Positions 40,154 through 54,216 are shown, counted from the first letter of the stretch. The stretch: DNA of 64,000 bases from Octopus vulgaris (GCA_951406725.2 OX597827.1:13020001-13084000), one strand, 5' to 3'. Notes: generated from the sequence alone by a model not told the origin. Program-made: numbers and translations.

Positions 40154-41314
40154 GGTATATTTGCAGCCACTTTTCTTCTTTGCCTTGCATACTGAAGCCT
40201 GTTAATGCTGATTGCAACAAAGTTTCTAATAACTTAGATAACAAAATATCCAATTGATATGAAAGTGCTGTGTTACTGAATGTCTTTATCCTTTATCATA
40301 TTGTCTTCTGTTTGTTTCAGTCATTAGACTGCAGTCATGCAGGGGAGTGGGGGATGCTACCTTGAAGGATTTTAGTTTTAAAAAATTCAACCCCTGTACT
40401 TATTTTATATTTTGTTGAGCCTGGTATTTATTCTGTCAGCCTCTTTTGCTGAACTGCTAAGTTATATGGGACATAACCAAACCAACACTAGTTGTCAAAT
40501 GGTGGTGGTGGACAAACACAAACACAAAGACACACACACATACATACATTTATACATACATACATATATACATATACACACATACACTTACATATATAAA
40601 TACATGTGTACATACATACATTCGTACATTTGTATGTACATACATTCATACATATGTACATACATACATGCATACATACATACATACATACATACATACA
40701 TACATACATACTTACACACATACCTACATACATACATAAATACATTCATTCATACATACAGGTATATGATGGGATTCTTTCAGTTTCCATCTACCAAATT
40801 CGTTCACAAAGTTTTGATTAGTCTGGGGTCAAAGTAGGAAACATTTGCCCAAGCTGCCTTGCATTGGGACTGAACCTAGAAGCATATGGTTGAGAGGCAA
40901 CTTTCTTACCACACATACATGTCTGCATCTATATAAATGCATATATTTCTTGTAAAAGCAACAAGAATCAGCTAACTTTGTTATCGTTAATACTAGGATA
41001 TTTATGATATAATTTGAAGTTAGACATAATGAGATGCGCTTAGCTAAGAAACATTCCTACAAAAATGATAAAGAATTAATAATACAGAAAATGAAATACA
41101 TACAGTGAGAAGACGAAGATGCAGATAGGCAGATGTTCTAAGGAGAAGCCTTTACAGTAGCTTAAAAAACTTCTCTCTGCATATTACATTCTTTTGAAGG
41201 CTGAAATTATGAAAGATTTTACTAGAAAAATTGGAAATGTAACAACTAAGTTACTAAGAGCATCTGACAAAATAGATATAAGACTAATTTGAAGCTGGCT
41301 TGGAATTTATCACC

Positions 41315-41541
41315 CTAGTATGTTGGGTAACCGAATATGAGGAGAAGGGAGCTTGTTCAGATTATTAACTCCAGTGTAATCTATGTAAAAGAGTTAGTTA
41401 GTTAGTTAGTTAACTAACTAACAATGGTCATTTCTATACTAGTATGTTGGGTAACCAAATATGAGGAGAAGGGAGTTTGTTCAGATTATTAACTCCAGTG
41501 TAATCTATGTAAAAGAGTTCACAATGGTCATTTCTATACTA
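41315..41541. repeat. ~124-bp tandem duplication
   Basis: CTAGTATGTTGGGTAACC...ACAATGGTCATTTCTATACTA occurs twice; the first copy has a (TTAG)n/(CTAA)n hairpin insert. Confidence 0.9.
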
Positions 41542-42342
41542 CCGCTTATCAAAAGTGTTATTTCATTTATATGTATAATATGTAAAGAAAAGTGCAAAAG
41601 TGCGATGCATTCACCTTGATTTTTTTAAACTTAGAAATGGATTTGGTTGCGTAAGACTTGTATTTAGCTTTAGTTGTAGCAGACCACTTGAAGACATTGT
41701 AGGAGATGAAAGTTAATGATTTCTTCAGCCGTCAAAAAGGATGTTGCAATAAAGGGTAAGAAAGCAACATATTTATACTGTGACTGTATAAATACCAGGA
41801 GCGAGATTTTGTCTTCATGTCTACATGTTATAAAATAGATCTTAGCAGAAATATGATGTGAAAAAGATGGGTTTTTTTCTTGGCGATGGCCATGAAGTTT
41901 ATACAACATGCTGTATTTATCCACACAAAGCAAGTGATTTAAGACCTTGGTCGTAATGGGAACTACATCAAGAAGTATGTTGCTTCGGTTTAATAACATT
42001 GGGTATTATAAAAGCTAGATCAAGAAGTGTGTTGTTCTATTTTAATAACTAAGTCCATGGATTTTGAAATGAATAGCTGAAGTAGAACAAAATGGTTTGA
42101 CAAGTGTGATTTATTCTACTGAGAGAGTGAAGTTTAGGACAAGACAGAGGGATAATGTTGAGGCCTTGCAGTAGTTATGACAGTAAGAATCATATTTTTT
42201 ATTGATTTTAATTTTCATGGCTTAATCAGGGGAGAAATGGCATTGTTCTCAACCTTTTTGAGAACCTCCAAGACTATAGGAAGAAAAAATTAAGCTATCC
42301 TCAGACCAGAGGAAATGTTGATAGGTAAATGTTTGACAAATT

Positions 42343-42557
42343 GGTTTCAATTTTTGTCACAAGGCCAGCAATTTCAAGGGAGGAACTAAATTGATTATAT
42401 CGACTCCAGTGCTCCACTCATACTTATTTTATCAACCTCAAAAGAATGAAAAGCAAAGTCGACCTTGGTGGAATTTGAACTCAGAACTGAAAGATGGACA
42501 AAATGCCATGAAGCATTTTGCCTGGTGTGCTAACAATTCTGCCAGCTCACCACCTTA
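42343..42557 (-). mobile_element. SINE family B, alternative tail
   Basis: Reverse copy. Similar copies at 44724-44940, 44955-45130 and 55810-56023. Confidence 0.8.
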
Positions 42558-43119
42558 AATGTTTGATAAATTATAAACAAGCAGCCCAGAGCAGATGGTT
42601 ACTTGCTATGCGTAAGTGATTGGTGTAAGTAATATGGCCTGACATAGTAACATAGCAGCACATTTTGGTCAGCCAATTTGATTCGTTGTGCTTAAGTTGG
42701 GGGGTCATGTATAATAGACATACAAAGAGGATTATAACAATTGTAATTTCGTCATTTCTATAAGCAGATTTGCTGTCAATGATAATCGTCAGGATAGACT
42801 GGATGAAGTATCCAACAATTGACAGATATTCTTATAACTAAAGACAGCTTTGTGGAGATGTATCTTCCAACATTTTGTTGTACTATTGTTGGAAGTGGTG
42901 ACCTGAGTTGAGAAGAGGTCGAAATAGTGAAGTAGAGTTCAGAAAGAACAAGCTTGAGCTGGTTAGGATTATGAGAGAGAAAGAGAGGGAGGGAGAGAGA
43001 GAGAGAAGGGTGTTAGCTTAGAGGAAGTCATGAAGTCCACTGCAAGAATTTAAAGTTTTAACACTTTTGATACCAATTCATTTATGTCAGCCCCTAGTTC
43101 CATGATACTAACTTCCTGA

Positions 43120-43302
43120 TTCATCATCGTCATCATCATCATCGTTTAATGTCCGCTTTCCATGCTAGCATGGGTTGGACGAATGACTGAGGGCTGGCGA
43201 ACCAGATGGCTGCAACAGGCTCCAATCTTGATCTGGCAGAGTTTCTAGAGCTGGATGCCCTTCCTAATGCCAACCACTCCGAGAGTGTAGTGGGTGCTTT
43301 TT
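43120..43302 (-). mobile_element. SINE family D 3' part (RTE-type tail) inside an old piggyBac-like MITE
   Basis: Minus strand GGCATCCAGC...GTCCAACCCATGCTAGCATGGAAAGCGGACATTAAAC(GAT)n. Confidence 0.75.
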
Positions 43303-44365
43303 AAGTGGTAAAAATTCTAAATTAAAACCTTACATGGAATTTCATAGTAATTCATATTTCAAATAACTGCTTAATAACTACAAAGTTGTCTCATTAAACT
43401 CTTCCTAATTGAAGCAAAGGTAATTGAAGCAAAAGCAATTTGTTTCAATAGAAAGAGATGACAAAAAGAGGCTAAGGTTATGTTTGAACTGATGTTAACT
43501 TAAAAATTGAGTTTAATGTTAAATTTAGTCTTAAAGTCACAATTAGTTTGTTTAGTCTTGTATAATGCAATTGTTGTATGGAGGGTTTTACTTCTCTGGT
43601 TTCCAGTATTTCACTTTATATTTAAAACTGTAGTTAATTGGAGGTTATCAGGCATAATAAAATGAACAAAAAATGTTTCAATCAGTTAAAATTGCACTTA
43701 TATTAGAGAGAAACATCATTGACTATATTAATAATTCTTGTAAAGAAAAACAAGGGAGATGACCTTGAAATGGAAACTGACCAAAAGTTGAATGAGGACA
43801 TGCAGTGATGAGGGTAGATGGGCTTGATTTTTAGTAAGTGCAGGGACAATTTCAGGCATGTTTCAGTTTTATTACACCTTTTCAATGAAGTATAGACTTG
43901 ATTGTGTTTATTTGATCTGAGAATGGCTAAGGAAATAAATAGATTTTAATGAGAAAAACTATAGAGATTTAAGGAATACATAGATTTTAGTGGCAGTAAT
44001 GACATGAGAAAATTTCTGAGTGATCTCTGCAGGAAGAACGTATAATTTAGTGAGTGGGTGGGGGATGGAATCTAACAATTAGAGTTAAATATTCCTTATG
44101 GACTCATATCACCCTTATTATTATGCTATTTGTTTCTACTCTGTGTACTAACCTTGGCAATATCTAACTTCTCTCAGTGTTATTTCTAAATCTGGAGTTA
44201 TATGTATTGTCCTATGAAGTTAACATGCCTACATTTTCTACAATATATGTATCAGCATATTTTTTACAATATCATTTATGAAATGTGGCCAAACACAGTA
44301 TGAAATTCATGATGTATGTTTGACCACAGTTTCATATGTTTTAAGATAGCAACCAAAAGTCTTAC

Positions 44366-44510
44366 CTGGAATTTCTTCATAGAGTCCATTTTCCCCTTTA
44401 ATCCAACCATGTCGATTGTTTTTATAGGAAGTTTCTAATCCACTATTTTGGTCGAGTGTCATAAATGTACCTTCTTCCACTCCACCTTTCCCCGATGTAA
44501 GGTTGCAGGC
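44366..44510 (-). CDS. Candidate coding exon ending ...GWIKGENGLYEEIP
   Basis: Strong donor CCAG|GTAAGA and an open frame in unique DNA. The acceptor (pyrimidine tract + GAG) is atypical. Confidence 0.4.
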
Positions 44511-45339
44511 CTCATACAACGAAAAACAGAAGATGCTATTTTATTTCAGTCGATTTGAAAATTATATGTTAAATAGGTAGTTGGGGTTGGGGAAGAAATT
44601 ACTTGAAGAGAAATTCAAGGAAATTTACTGTAAAAATGAATTTCATCTCAAAAAATATATCATTAAACATACTATACACCAATAATCATATTTAAACAGT
44701 TTTTAATATTATTACTATTTATAAAGGTAGTGAGCTGGCAGAATCGTTAGCACACCGGACAAATTGCTTAACAGCACTTCGTCCATCTTTATGTTCTGAA
44801 TTCAAATCCGCCAATCATGACTTCGCCTTTCATCCTTTTGGGGTCAATAAAATAAGTACCAATTGAGCATTGGGGTTGGTGTAATTGACTTATCCCCTCA
44901 CCCAAAATTGCTGGCCTTGTGCCAAACTTCGAAACAAATATTATCACTATTTATAAGGTAGCAAACTGGCAGAATTGGTACAACACTAAGACAAAAGGCT
45001 TAGCGACATTTCTTCCTTCTGAGTTCAAATCCTGCCAGGATTGAATCCTTTTGGATTTGATAAAATAAGCACCAGTAGAGCACTGGGGTTGATATAATCG
45101 ACTTAACCCTCCTGTGAAATTGCTGGTCCATATTCAACTGGGTCAGTTAGAATTCATTAATCTGAGGCAGATTTTCTATGTCCAGATGCCCTTCCTGTTA
45201 CCAACTTTCATTTGTTTCTAAATAAGATATTTCCTTATAACCAGACATATTTTTATGGAAGATAGGAAGCAATGGACACTGTTTTCATAGTGTAACATGG
45301 GTCGCTTTGCTTTCCTAGAGGCCTTCTGATGAATTCCCA

Positions 45340-45781
45340 CTTATTAGAAAGCAATATATGACACACGTTACTTGATGAAAACAGTGAATTTGGGGGTAAG
45401 AATCTGATGCTTTGGGGATACATAAAAAAGAATGGTTCAAGAAAGTTGGTTAAAATTGACAGTAACTTGAGTAGTGCCGAGTACATCCAGATGCTAAAAG
45501 ACAATTTGATACCAGATTGGATGAAGGTGAGAATTTTAAACATGACGGACCACCATGCCACAGATCATGAACAACACAACAGAGTCTGGCTGGTGAAGGT
45601 GTTGCTGTATTGAAAGATTGCCCATCTCAGAGCCCTGACTTAAATATTGCTAACCAACCACATGGTTCTGGCTTCAGTCCCACTGCATGGCATCTTGGGC
45701 ATGTGTCTTCTGCTATACCTCAGGCCAACCAAAACCTTGTGAGTGGATTTGGTAGACGGAAACTGAAAGAAGCCTGTCATA

Positions 45782-45826
<45 letters not shown>

Positions 45827-45886
45827 GTCCAACCCGTGCTAGCACGGAAAACGGACGTTAAACGATGATGATGATGATGATGATGA

Positions 45887-45934
<48 letters not shown>

Positions 45935-46647
45935 GTGTATATGTTTGTGTGTCTGTGTTTGTCCCCCTAGCATTGTTTGACAACCGATGCTGGTGTGTTT
46001 ACGTCCCCGTCACTGAGCGGTTCGGCAAAAGACACATATAGAATAAGTACTAGGCTTACAAAGAATATGTCCCGGGGTCGATGTGCTCGACTAAAGGCGG
46101 TGCTCCAGCATGGCCGCAGTCAAATGACTGAAACAAGTAAAAGAGTAAAAGATAATTATAGACAAGAATTCTTTAGAAGAATCCATGCAATCGTGAAGAG
46201 TTGTAGGAGCTCAGTCACAGAGAATGGCATCTCGTACCTGTGAAGATGGTGAAGGATTTGTATGCATCTGCTCCCAGACGACTTGAAGCAATTATTAAAG
46301 CTAAGGAAAACTACACTCAATATCAACAATGTACAGTAACTTCTTGAAATGAACATTATGTAATAAATTTTTGTTATAGGCATTTTTTCTGTTTTAAAAC
46401 ACATCTTGATTGGTTTATGTGAAGTGGCCGAAAACTTTTGCACAGCCATTTTTGGTGGTTGTCTCGCATCTTCCCCTCTCATTCAGAACCCTTGCTACAA
46501 AATATAATTATTAGGTGTGGAAATGACTCCAACAAGGCCAATGTTTCATCTGTAAAAAAAACGCAATGTGAAACATCGACTTATAAGTTGGTTAATTAGT
46601 AGAATTTACAATAGTTCAAAGTGGCCAAAGACTTTTGCATGGTACTG
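45340..46647 (+). pseudogene. Tc1-type transposase relic with right IR/DR terminus, split by SINE A
   Basis: FGGKNLMLWG..., HDGPPCHRS, DCPSQSPDLNI, then W..VP...LYASAPRRLEAIIKAK..TQY. DRs GTGGCCRAARACTTTTGCA at 46424 and 46621; ends CTG|TA. Confidence 0.85.
45648..46150 (+). mobile_element. SINE family A with a nested family D tail (45826-45890)
   Basis: 5'-truncated family A; GTCCAACCCGTGCTAGCACGGAAAACGGACGTTAAAC(GAT)n sits in its (TA)n. Confidence 0.85.
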
Positions 46648-46674
46648 TATATATATATATATATATATATATAT

Positions 46675-46835
<161 letters not shown>

Positions 46836-47509
46836 ATGTATATATATTTATATGTATATGCATATATGTACATATGTGTGTGTGTATATATATGTATATA
46901 TATATATAAACATATATGCATGTATATATTTATGCACTTATATATATATATATATTCATACAAACTAGCTTCCCCATGATCCCCAGCTAATAGTTATTGC
47001 TCTGAAGGCACTGGTCAACCTCTGGCTAAAGTAGAAGATACATGTCTAAGATATTATGCAATGGAATCAACCCCGAAGCACATGACTACATGGTTGTAAA
47101 GTTAACTTGTGAACCACACACAACTCTGCCTACTCTGTTATTATTCTTGTTAGAATCCATCTTCCATGTAGCTATTATACAACATTTATCAGAAGATGTT
47201 TTTCTTTACTACATTTAACAATACCCCAAAGCAGAACCAGTTTCCAGCATCAGTTTTATGTCAGTCATTGATTTAAGAAAGAGATAGCATTAATAATTTA
47301 TGACACATAGTCCAAGTCCTGTCAAGGTTATCTTAATTCTATAACATTTAAGGTTTTGAACAGTAAATACTGCTGGGATTTATCTGCTGTGATATCCACT
47401 CAAATTCAGGAAGATTAACACCGAAAACACCTCCTTGCTAGAAGTCGGAAGAAGACAGCTAGCATCTACAAATTTGATATAAATGTTTGGTGTGTGTGTG
47501 TGTTTGGCA

Positions 47510-47566
<57 letters not shown>

Positions 47567-47811
47567 ATATATATGTATGTGTGTGTGTGTGTGTGTGTAT
47601 GTGTGTGTGTGTGGTGCAACAAGCATTGAGTAATATATACACCTCATTGCGCACATACATAGGCTTATACACTGGTAAAAGTATTAACTTTAATTATCAT
47701 CTGTAACTGGAGGTATATAATATATAGTTTTCTACATGGTTTAATATGTTATTTGTTATAAGAGCACCCAATTGTAAAAATCTTTCTCCAATAATTTGCA
47801 TACACCCACTA

Positions 47812-47847
<36 letters not shown>

Positions 47848-48661
47848 ATAAAAAAAGGGGTAGAATTAATTAATTGTTAATAAATTCGACCAAGCAGTAT
47901 TCGGTATGTAAAGACCATTTACGGTATATTTGAAGTATTAATTTATAAAAATATGGTAAAGTAAAAAAATTCACTTTACCACACACCGAACTTTTCAGAA
48001 ATATATATATATATATATATTTATGTATGTGTGTATACACATATAAGTATATGTATATATATATATATATGAATAGCGATAGCGAAACCGGTCGATATAT
48101 TAAAAATTATATTAAAACTATGTAAGTGTGCATATTTTCCTTTTTAATTTCTTATATATATATATGTGTGTGTGTCTGTGTTTGTGAGTGTGTGTATACA
48201 CATACAGCATAGTAACTTTTGAAGCAGTATCACTGTATCAAGCTAATTACAAATTAAATATCAGGTTGTGTATCATTTAACTGTAAGAGCCAAAGAGGGA
48301 AGAAATTCGAAAAAAAAAATAAAATCAGACTTTACAGCTAAAATATGATGTTTGCTTGAAGTCTTTATATCTTTAACTTCCATTGAAGGGGGAAATGGGC
48401 TCAAGCAAGTGTAGGTATTCTTAGAACCTTTTTTAATGAAGGGGAATGCTCAGTAGGAAGGGTGAACGATAATGCAGATTTATACAAAAGGTCATCGACT
48501 AAAAAAAAAATTTTATATTTTTGTTTTTTTGAGAACTGTATTGCTGTTAGGTAAACGTACAACTAATAAATAATGGGTGATATAATTTTTGAGATTCGTG
48601 GCTTCTTGGATGAAAACTATAGCAAGACAGCTATGTGGGTAACTGTACCATGACTATTCTC

Positions 48662-49097
48662 GGATCATTTCGGTTTGAATGGCAGTTTTTTAAAATAATT
48701 TCAATGTAACTAAAAAATTTTAAACTTCGTATACTGGTAGAATGTGTTTATAAAACATCTTTTTCTCTTGGCTTTATTGAGAAAATTCTATAGTTTGTAA
48801 GATATTTGTTGTTTTTTTTCTTCAATTTCTGCAATTTCAAACAATCAGTGATGTCTATTGGATTAAAAAACATTCTGTGCCGTATGAATATGTCCCTCGT
48901 CTAAGAAACAGAATGGGTTTATTTACCATTTGTGAAGAATAAAAGATACCCTTCTCCCCACATCTAACCCTAACCCTAACCCTAACCCTAATCCTAAAAC
49001 AGATTGAAATGCAATAGATCGATACTAGGGTCATAATTATGGGTGACAATTTCATATGACACCACTAGAAAAACTGCTGTTCAAACCGAAAAGATCC
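48662..49097. mobile_element. MITE with ~29-bp TIRs, 8-bp TSD and internal telomeric repeats
   Basis: TIR GGATCATTTCGGTTTGAATGGCAGTTTTT / AAAAACTGCTGTTCAAACCGAAAAGATCC; TSD CTATTCTC; (CTAACC)4 at ~48964-48993. Confidence 0.85.
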
Positions 49098-50130
49098 CTA
49101 TTCTCTTTGGAAAATCTCTTTACATTCCTCCCACAACCAAATGCCATTAGTCTTTAAACTCCATAAACTTACAAGTGTTTTACCATACAGCTGTGCTACA
49201 GCTAAATGCGTAAAGTGACTGTAATTCATGAGACTAGACACCCACCATTGCACCTGCCTCCAATATCATGACCAACAGCATTAAGTGAGAAGTTTTTACC
49301 TACTAATCTAATAATACCTGTAAGATAGTTACCAGAAAATCAGAAAATCAAACAGAGTCCTTGTGCATCAACACAGTATACAAGTTCTTTTATATCACAA
49401 ATAGCAGCAGAGCCTTCAGGTCCTTTACCGATGGAAATTTATGGAATTCTTCTGCCCTCAACCCCTTGGCCAAGATGACTCTGTCAACATATAACCGATA
49501 CTTGCTGTAGCTGTATATTTTCTGCTTACCTAAGACATACGGAACAAAATCCTCCTGTGCTCTCCTTTACAAAGCTCAATCTTCCCCACACAAACACACA
49601 ACTGACAGATACGAAAAGCTTTCAATCACCCCAGTTTAACAAGATGACCGATATTGATGGAATCTCTTTTATCACCTTATGATTCACTTCAAGGTTAACT
49701 TTTATTCATACTAAACTCTTCAATCACTCACTCTCACTCTCTCTCTCTCTCTCTCTCTCTGGCTCTTTATCTCTCTCTCTTTCTCTCTCCCTCTCCTCAT
49801 TCTTACTCTCTCATTCTATCTCTCTCATTCTATTTCTCTGGGGTTTTCACGATATTTAGAAACAGTCTACAATGTGTTTTATCTCCTAACCTATCTCTGA
49901 CCCTGCAAAATGCTGATCTACTGCTTTCACATCCATCATTTCAAGATAATGGAAATTAGTGTCGACAACTATGCTCCTTCATCTTTCTATTAATCCCTCA
50001 TCAGCGACCAGAATTATGAATTCCACAGAGCTAGACCTAGCAGAGAATTACCTTTCTATATCACATATCCTTAACCATGAAAATTTCCATTGTGTCTGCA
50101 TGAGAAATTCCTGGCTAAATTGCCTACCTA

Positions 50131-50469
50131 GAGTGGTGGTCCTCAATTTTTTGGGCTATGTTACACACTTGAGATAAAACAAAAAAAAAAATTGATGATA
50201 TTTTCAAATGAAAAGTTAAAAATTGTTGGTACCTTTTGCATGAAAATTTTTTAAAAAAATTAACTGTTTTAAATTAGAAAAAAAAATATATAAAAACTAT
50301 TGTTTTTTTTTTCAGTCATGCATGTGCTTTATAAAATTATGTAAAACATGTTTTTCAAGACACTGAAGTATTTATAAGCATTTGCTTAATGCTTTAACAA
50401 TATTTAAAAAAAAATCTATGGCACATCTTATTAACCACTGCACCTCAGTACATTATAAGAGAACCACTG
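50131..50469. mobile_element. Old hAT-like MITE
   Basis: GTGGTCCTCAA...GAGAACCACTG termini resemble those of the element at 53200. Confidence 0.4.
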
Positions 50470-51239
50470 AGTTATGATCTACATCTGTTTTTCGTTTCTT
50501 GGATTTTATAACCAAGCATTCTGTCAAATTATAGAATTGCAGCATGTGTAAATCAGGATTAATAGAATGTGGTAAGAAAGGGTAAACCAAATACTTAGTT
50601 CAGTAATGCCTGATTCAATATTCTTTCTGTATATCAATAACCTTATGCTCTGTTACATATAACAACAGATACAGCTGTGCTAATGGTACTCTGATTCACT
50701 CCTCTTTAATCTTCTATGTGGAGGCATCACCCACATACAAGCTAAACATATCATACCAAATATATATCCATCCACCTCCTGAACAGAAAAATTTAGTCTG
50801 AATCTCTCTCGACATATACCAAAGAAAATCTTCAAAATTAATGATATCAGGAGTGACTCCGCTGCTCTTCACAATAATTTTGTAGCTGTTGGTGTTTGCA
50901 CTATCACCCATCCTTAAAATGAAAATAGCTCAAGGAAGATTCATTTAGAATTCTGAACCATAATCTCTAGTGTGTAGAAGCTGGGGAGAGACAGCTAGTA
51001 TCAATTAAATTACTTCATTACTGGAAGGATGTAAGGTAAAGTTGACCCCAGTGAAATTTGAACTCAACTCATGAAGGTTATTGACTAAATGCTGCAGGAA
51101 ATATATGTTGGCCAATGCTCTACTGATTCTACCAATCTTCCATATTAATTCCAGCATCAAAGAAATTTCAGAACTTCATTTCTTCCAGCACTGTATAATA
51201 GGCAAATGTCTATGGTAGAGTCTATTTTAAGTATTACCG

Positions 51240-51450
51240 TTAATGTTCTCCTTAAACGTTAGGTCTAGTTATCTCTTTCAGTATCAGTTTTAATGTTTCT
51301 TTTGAAGAGTACTTTAAATGATTCCTTAATGTGAATCTACGGTGTATCCCAACAAGAGATGTATTCAGACAGAAAAGGGTTATCAATTCATACAAGGCAG
51401 CATTTATATTTGACGGAATGTCAATTGCAACAATGAACATCAATGAAACA
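51240..51450 (-). pseudogene. Decayed Penelope-like reverse transcriptase fragment
   Basis: ALYELITLFCLN..VGIHR... and LDLTF resemble AE.CELVGL.L...GLYRDD...FLD.TF. Confidence 0.45.
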
Positions 51451-52249
51451 CAACATAACATTGGATAAGTTGGACAGGACATTATTTAGACTGGGCAAGA
51501 ATTTAGTTAGACTGAACTGGACTGGACCAGACATAACAGAACAAGAACATGAGTGGACAGGATATCAATAAGACTCATTGGTACAGGAATTAGAATAGTT
51601 AATTCATTGATTAAACTGGAAAAAGACTCAAATTAGTATGGTTAACATAACGAATAGATTTGGTTATGCATTAATCACATGCATCACCAATAGGACTGAA
51701 CAGGAAATCAATTAAGCTGATCCTTAATTTAATTTTGTTAATCAACTTGTTAATCTAAGTTGTCAATACATCAATATAAAAAGATAATTTATCAATTCAA
51801 CTAGAAAGCGAGTAATTATGTGGGTCGTTATGTCAATTAGACTGGTTTGCACATTAATAAAAGTGGTCAGTACAGTAATTAGACTGGTCAATGTTAACAA
51901 CAAAATGTTATTAAATATTCAAATAATACATGAAATAAAGCAGCTGTGCATAAAAGGTTTAAGGCATGGTGTTGATAATAGTAAAAGAATTCCTCGGAAA
52001 TTTGAAAGTGAAGAACAAAGATCCACCGAGTATTTCTGCAAATGAAAATCTCTAAAGGAGTACAAAGAGATGTCAGTTATTGTTGTCTGTCAGTGAAGTT
52101 CCTTTATCTTTAATTGTACTTTTTGTATAAATTCAAATTATTGGTTCTTAGAAGATGCTGAAAAGCAAAACGTACAATCAAAGAAATATATAAATTTATA
52201 GGTGTTAAACATTATGGTACTTCTAAAAGAAATAATAAAAAGACCAATG

Positions 52250-52505
52250 ACCGATCCTCTATGCAGTTGTTCAACCTGTAAGAAATAACAGCCGGAAGAG
52301 TTGCGAGATGAGATTTCCCTCAAATCTCATCCTACCTTCTCAAAAAAAAAAAAGAAGAAGAAAAGAAAGAAGGAAGATGAAGAAAAAAGACATATTGGAC
52401 AACGTAGTTTTTTATATACAAAATGACAAGATGGTCTGGTCATAAGTGGAATGTCTTTCAATACAGTGTGCTCAATCAAGGCAGAACTTGGAACTGAACA
52501 ACAGC
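52250..52505 (+). mobile_element. Old interspersed repeat family E
   Basis: AGAAATAACAGCC...AAATGACAAGATGGTC...TGGAATGTC...AACAAC. Related copies at ~12745-12810, 15260-15490, 21125-21165 and 26150-26240. Confidence 0.55.
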
Positions 52506-52721
52506 ATAGTAAATAAAATAAGTAAATATTGTTGAAACTCTTTGGACGGGATGATAATGAGGTTAATTGATATATCAATTAGAATATCGTAGTTATTGAT
52601 TAAATTACTCTAGAATAGTCTTAGAAATGATGGCTAAAGCAGGCTAAAGAACGCTTTGAATTGTTTGATATGGTTCATATGATGGTGAATAAAAAGATGT
52701 TTGGATTTTGTAAGTCTTTAA

Positions 52722-53094
52722 CCCTTTCGTTACTGTATTTCTTTTGAGATGCTCTGTGTTTCATTCAATTAATTTTAAATATAACGAAGAATTTAGTGAA
52801 ATAGCTTAGTTATCATTCAGCTCATGTTAAGAACATAAACTGTGACTAAGGTTTGGTGGAAGATTTTAATTCCAAACTTATGAAAACAAGACATTTGTAT
52901 TTAGAGCCAGAGGCGGTTTCAGTATTTTAGATATAACGAAGAATTTAGTGAAATAGCTTAGTTATCATTCAGCTCATGTTAAGAACATAAACTGTGACTA
53001 AGGTTTGGGGGAAGATTTTAATTCAAAACTTATGAAAACAAGACATTTGTACTCAGTGCCAGAGACGGTTTCGGCCGGGCTGGTAACAAAAGGG
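52722..53094. mobile_element. piggyBac-like MITE with internal tandem duplication
   Basis: TTAA TSDs at 52718-21 and 53095-98; TIR CCCTTTCGTTAC/GTAACAAAAGGG; ~150-bp internal repeat. Confidence 0.9.
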
Positions 53095-53199
53095 TTAATC
53101 TGTCATCAGATTGAATGAGGAAGACATTCAAAAGCTATGGGTTTGTGCTCTTCACATCAGAATGGTACTGATGTTTGAGTGGGATAAGTTGATGTAAAT

Positions 53200-53490
53200 C
53201 AGTGGGTCTCAACTATTTTTTTTTACCTATGGACCCCCATAGCCATTTGATGTTTAAAAACTAGTGTTATAGACATTTCTTTCCAAATTCCTATTTTGTT
53301 AGTCATACATTAACTTACGTAGATTAGAACAATGTAAAATGTTAAAGAAAGAAACCTGTTTCTCACTGTAGACACATTTAAATCAATACTTTACGTTGCT
53401 ACTTAAAACACTACTGTGGGACTCCGATTTACTATTTTGCTAGTGTAAACCCCCGAACAATGTTATATGGGCCCCAGCTGAGAACCACTG
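53200..53490. mobile_element. hAT (Charlie-like) MITE
   Basis: TIR CAGTGGGTCTCAAC/GCTGAGAACCACTG; 8-bp TSD ATGTAAAT. Confidence 0.9.
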
Positions 53491-53642
53491 ATGTAAATGG
53501 TCAGTTATAATGAAGAGAAGATGATCAAATGAATAAGTGCCATCCCAAATACCTCAGAGCAATAATCTAATATTAATCATACGTCAGCTTTGAATATGAT
53601 CAATAAATGATCTCAGTGATATATATATATATATATATATAT

Positions 53643-54050
53643 ACTCTTTTACTCTTTTACTTGTTTCAGTCATTTGACTGCGGCCATGCTGGAGCACCGC
53701 CTTTTAGTCGAGCAAATCGACCCCGGGACTTATTCTTTGCAAGCCTAGTACTTATTCTATCGGTCTCTTTTGCTGAACCGCTAAGTGAAGGGGACGTAAA
53801 CACACCAGCATTGGTTGTCAAGCAATGCTAGGGAGACAAACACAGACACACAAACACACACACATACATATATGTATACATATATACGACAGGCTTCTTT
53901 CAGTTTCCATCTACCAAATCCACTCACAAGGCATTGGTCAGCCCGAGGCTATAGCAGAAGACACTTGCCCAAGACGCCACGCAGTGGGACTGAACCCGGA
54001 ACCATGTGGTTGGTTAGCAAGCTACTTACCACACAGCCACTCCTGCGCCT
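53643..54050 (-). mobile_element. SINE family A
   Basis: Full-length reverse copy. Confidence 0.9.
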
Positions 54051-54216
54051 ATATATTTATATTTATATTTTTTCTCTGTTAAGTCACACATATTTGTCTC
54101 CTCTCTGCTGCAAACTTCACTGGTCAAAGAATCGTGTCATCTGTGTTTGCTCAAAGCAGCGCTTCTATCCATGAGACCTAGCTTCTTTTCTTCCTTCATT
54201 TGACAAAATGTGCATG

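Noticed and set aside
41670-44050. Old LINE RT remnants (also ~9780-10150, 18300-18800, 49100-50100)
   Set aside because: Only faint motif echoes; boundaries and family cannot be supported.
48964-48993. True telomere or chromosome fusion site
   Set aside because: Only 4-5 units, and they are internal to a TIR element.
50714-52323. Additional minus-strand exons (50912 and ~52277 acceptors)
   Set aside because: The first has no convincing donor; the second lies within repeat family E.
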